Below are positions 25,651-27,232 of a DNA stretch of 27,232 nucleotides, one piece after another; the stretch's first letter is position 1; every line of letters starts with the position of its first letter. The stretch comes from a virus (lineage: Duplodnaviria > Caudoviricetes), in the IMG/VR virus record IMGVR_UViG_3300011335_000529, positions 1 to 27,232 of that record. One strand, given 5' to 3'. The notes beneath the pieces were generated by a model. It saw only the letters and a program-made list of their open reading frames with translations. It was not told the DNA's origin and did not search any database. The position numbers were made by a program, and so were the translations under genes.

Positions 25651-25680
25651 TGAAACTATCTGGTGTTTGGTAGTATAATA
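25651..25680 (+). promoter_or_regulatory. Putative promoter (TGAAAC-N17-TATAATA) for the GIY-YIG-like gene
   Basis: TGAAAC at 25651-25656 and TATAATA at 25674-25680; matches 21188-21217. Confidence 0.55.
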
Positions 25681-25695
25681 GATAAATAAAATATT

Positions 25696-26112
25696 ATGTA
25701 TTACATTTATCATATACCAGGAATTAAAATAGGAGTTAGTACTAATCCTAAACAAAGAGTCCATAATCAAGGATATAATAGTTTTGAACTATTAGAACAA
25801 CATGAAGATATTAACGTTGTATCTAAAAGAGAAAAAGAATTACAAAGACAGTATAATTATAGAGTAGATAGACCAGATTACGCAGATACAGTCGAACGAT
25901 CTTATATAGCAGCCAAAAGTAAATCGATAGCTAAAGTAAATGCAGCTAAAGAAAATATTAAAAAAGCAACAGCGGCTGCAGTATTAGCAGGAGCACCATC
26001 AAAAGCTGGTAAAGTAAATGCAAGTAAAGAAAGAAAATGTCCATATTGTGGTAAAGAAGGTAAAGGACCAACAATGTATCGATATCATTATGAAAACTGT
26101 AAACAAAAATAA
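25696..26112 (+). CDS. GIY-YIG-like free-standing endonuclease with C-terminal zinc finger
   Basis: YYIYHIPGIKIGVS...KQR...SKREKELQ is a minimal GIY-YIG-like pattern; C-terminal CPYC-x12-H-x3-C. Confidence 0.6.
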   Translation: MYYIYHIPGIKIGVSTNPKQRVHNQGYNSFELLEQHEDINVVSKREKELQRQYNYRVDRPDYADTVERSYIAAKSKSIAKVNAAKENIKKATAAAVLAGAPSKAGKVNASKERKCPYCGKEGKGPTMYRYHYENCKQK

Positions 26113-26197
26113 AACAAAAACACTTTCTCGTCCATATCCTAAAACAGAAAAGAACGAGAAATTATTAAAGGTTTATTTAAATAAACAAACCAGATAA
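26090..26197 (+). CDS. Small basic peptide (35 aa), not in the ORF track
   Basis: Manual translation MKTVNKNKTKTLSRPYPKTEKNEKLLKVYLNKQTR*. It fills the gap and stops 2 nt before the terminase start. Confidence 0.45.
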   Translation: MKTVNKNKTKTLSRPYPKTEKNEKLLKVYLNKQTR

Positions 26198-26199
26198 TT

Positions 26200-26478
26200 A
26201 TGGCATTTAAAAAAGGACAATCAGGCAATCCCGATGGTAGACCGAAAGGTGTTACAAATGCTAGTACTGAGAGAGTAAAGCAATTTTATCTAGAACTATT
26301 AAATGGTAATCTAGATAATATTCAATTGTGGTTATCTCAAACTGCATCAGAAGATCCTGCCAGAGCATTAGACTTTTTATTAAAGTTATCACCTTTTGTG
26401 ATACCAAAGAAAACGGAGACAGATCTAAACATAGAAAATCCGTTAAAGATTATTATCCCGCCTAAACAGGAAGACTAA
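26200..26478 (+). CDS. Terminase small subunit (DUF5681-like N-terminus)
   Basis: FKKGQSGNPDGRPKG motif, helical core and extended C-terminal tail. Confidence 0.75.
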   Translation: MAFKKGQSGNPDGRPKGVTNASTERVKQFYLELLNGNLDNIQLWLSQTASEDPARALDFLLKLSPFVIPKKTETDLNIENPLKIIIPPKQED

Positions 26479-26493
26479 AAAGTACTAAAAACT

Positions 26494-26525
26494 AAGGTCA
26501 ATATATAATTATATTGGCCTTTTTT
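26494..26525 (+). terminator. Probable intrinsic terminator between terminase small subunit and sigma factor genes
   Basis: AAGGTCAATATA-taat-TATATTGGCCTT (one G-U pair) followed by TTTT. Confidence 0.65.
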
Positions 26526-26547
26526 ATTAAACAATACTTTCAACCTA

Positions 26548-27018
26548 TTGGAATTCAATGACTATTTAAAGCAAGACTATAATGATTTGGTTAAAGCAGC
26601 AAATAAAATCACTGGTAATTCAGAACTATCTTATGATTTGTTGCATTATGCCATTGAAGAAATGTCATTTAAATCTAATATCCAGGATATTATAGATTCT
26701 GGTGGTGCAAGGTTCTATTGCGTTAGAATTATGATGACACAATGGCGCAGTAAAACAGGACCATTCTATAAACAATATATAAAGAGTGGAGAACAAATAG
26801 AACACCATGATATAGAAGAGAAGGAAGAAAAAGTCTTAGACATAAACAAAGTTAATAGCATCTTAGAAGAATTAACTTGGTATGACAGAGAATTATTCAA
26901 ACTATATGCAGATGGTGAACACAACTATTCGTCCTTAGCGAAGGAAACAGGTATACCTAGAACTTCAATAGGACTTACTATAAATAGAGTTAAAAAATAC
27001 ATTAAACAAAACCTTTAA
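26548..27018 (+). CDS. ECF-type sigma-70-like factor
   Basis: 156 aa, TTG start. Region 2-like Y.DL...A..I......DLLH and region 4-like L..L..YDRELF.LY...YSSLAKETGIP..SI..TINR.K. Confidence 0.75.
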   Translation: MEFNDYLKQDYNDLVKAANKITGNSELSYDLLHYAIEEMSFKSNIQDIIDSGGARFYCVRIMMTQWRSKTGPFYKQYIKSGEQIEHHDIEEKEEKVLDINKVNSILEELTWYDRELFKLYADGEHNYSSLAKETGIPRTSIGLTINRVKKYIKQNL

Positions 27019-27021
27019 ATT

Positions 27022-27232
27022 ATGGCATTTATTTTATTACAAAATGGCAAACCATTAGGCCACGAAAACATCAAATGGAAATTCGTAAACAGAGATGGTA
27101 TCTTTGAATCAAGACCAGAAAAGTTAGAACGTAACATTGCATTCTGGAGAAACAAATTAGGTATTACTGCAGAAGTAGAATACTTAAACGTAAAACAAGA
27201 AAACTATGATGAACCAACTATTATTGAACCTA
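27022..27232 (+). CDS. Hypothetical protein, 5' part (runs off window)
   Basis: ATG 3 nt after the sigma stop, open to the end of the window: MAFILLQNGKPLGHENIKWKFVNRDGIFESRPEKL... Confidence 0.6.
   Translation, partial: MAFILLQNGKPLGHENIKWKFVNRDGIFESRPEKLERNIAFWRNKLGITAEVEYLNVKQENYDEPTIIEP

Noticed and set aside
21198-25770. Antisense ORFs 21198-21434 and 25498-25770
   Set aside because: They overlap better-supported + strand genes and promoter motifs; no coding signals.
25651-26112. Group I intron around the GIY-YIG-like gene
   Set aside because: The flanks are too short to hold a ribozyme core, and the neighbouring genes are intact; a free-standing gene is the simpler reading.
26124-26161. 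Inverted repeat TTTCTCGT...ACGAGAAA
   Set aside because: An 8 bp stem with a 22 nt loop and no T tract, inside a probable small ORF; may be chance.
1-27232. Stop-codon reassignment
   Set aside because: Genes tile the window densely under the standard code and end in TAA; no genes appear broken by in-frame TAG or TGA.

Overview
An AT-rich 27.2 kb fragment of a tailed dsDNA phage (Caudoviricetes, probably siphovirus-like). The host is probably a Bacteroidota/Flavobacteria member, inferred from A-rich start regions without Shine-Dalgarno sequences and TAnnTTT(A)-type promoter boxes. The + strand order is: end of a probable tail assembly chaperone, two tail proteins (one 2181 aa, with Cys-rich repeats and two beta-propellers), tape measure protein, holin, XkdF-like prohead protease with inserted modules, scaffold, major capsid, major tail protein, two collagen-like fibres, a replication/HTH module with iterons, portal, head-tail connector, GIY-YIG-like gene, terminase small subunit and an ECF-like sigma factor. 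A three-gene minus-strand cassette sits between the protease and scaffold genes. The most notable observations are: (1) a twin-arginine (Tat) signal peptide fused to a degenerate GIY-YIG/zinc-finger protein in that cassette; (2) a fixed-spacing TGTCA-N15-ATATTTA motif ahead of four structural gene blocks; (3) two operon-end RNA segments complementary to translation start regions; (4) a protease that looks like a polyprotein punctuated by EKF sites; (5) a dual-coding region at the left edge. All product calls come from motif recognition and gene order only; no database searches were run. I saw no tRNA, rRNA, CRISPR array or integrase.
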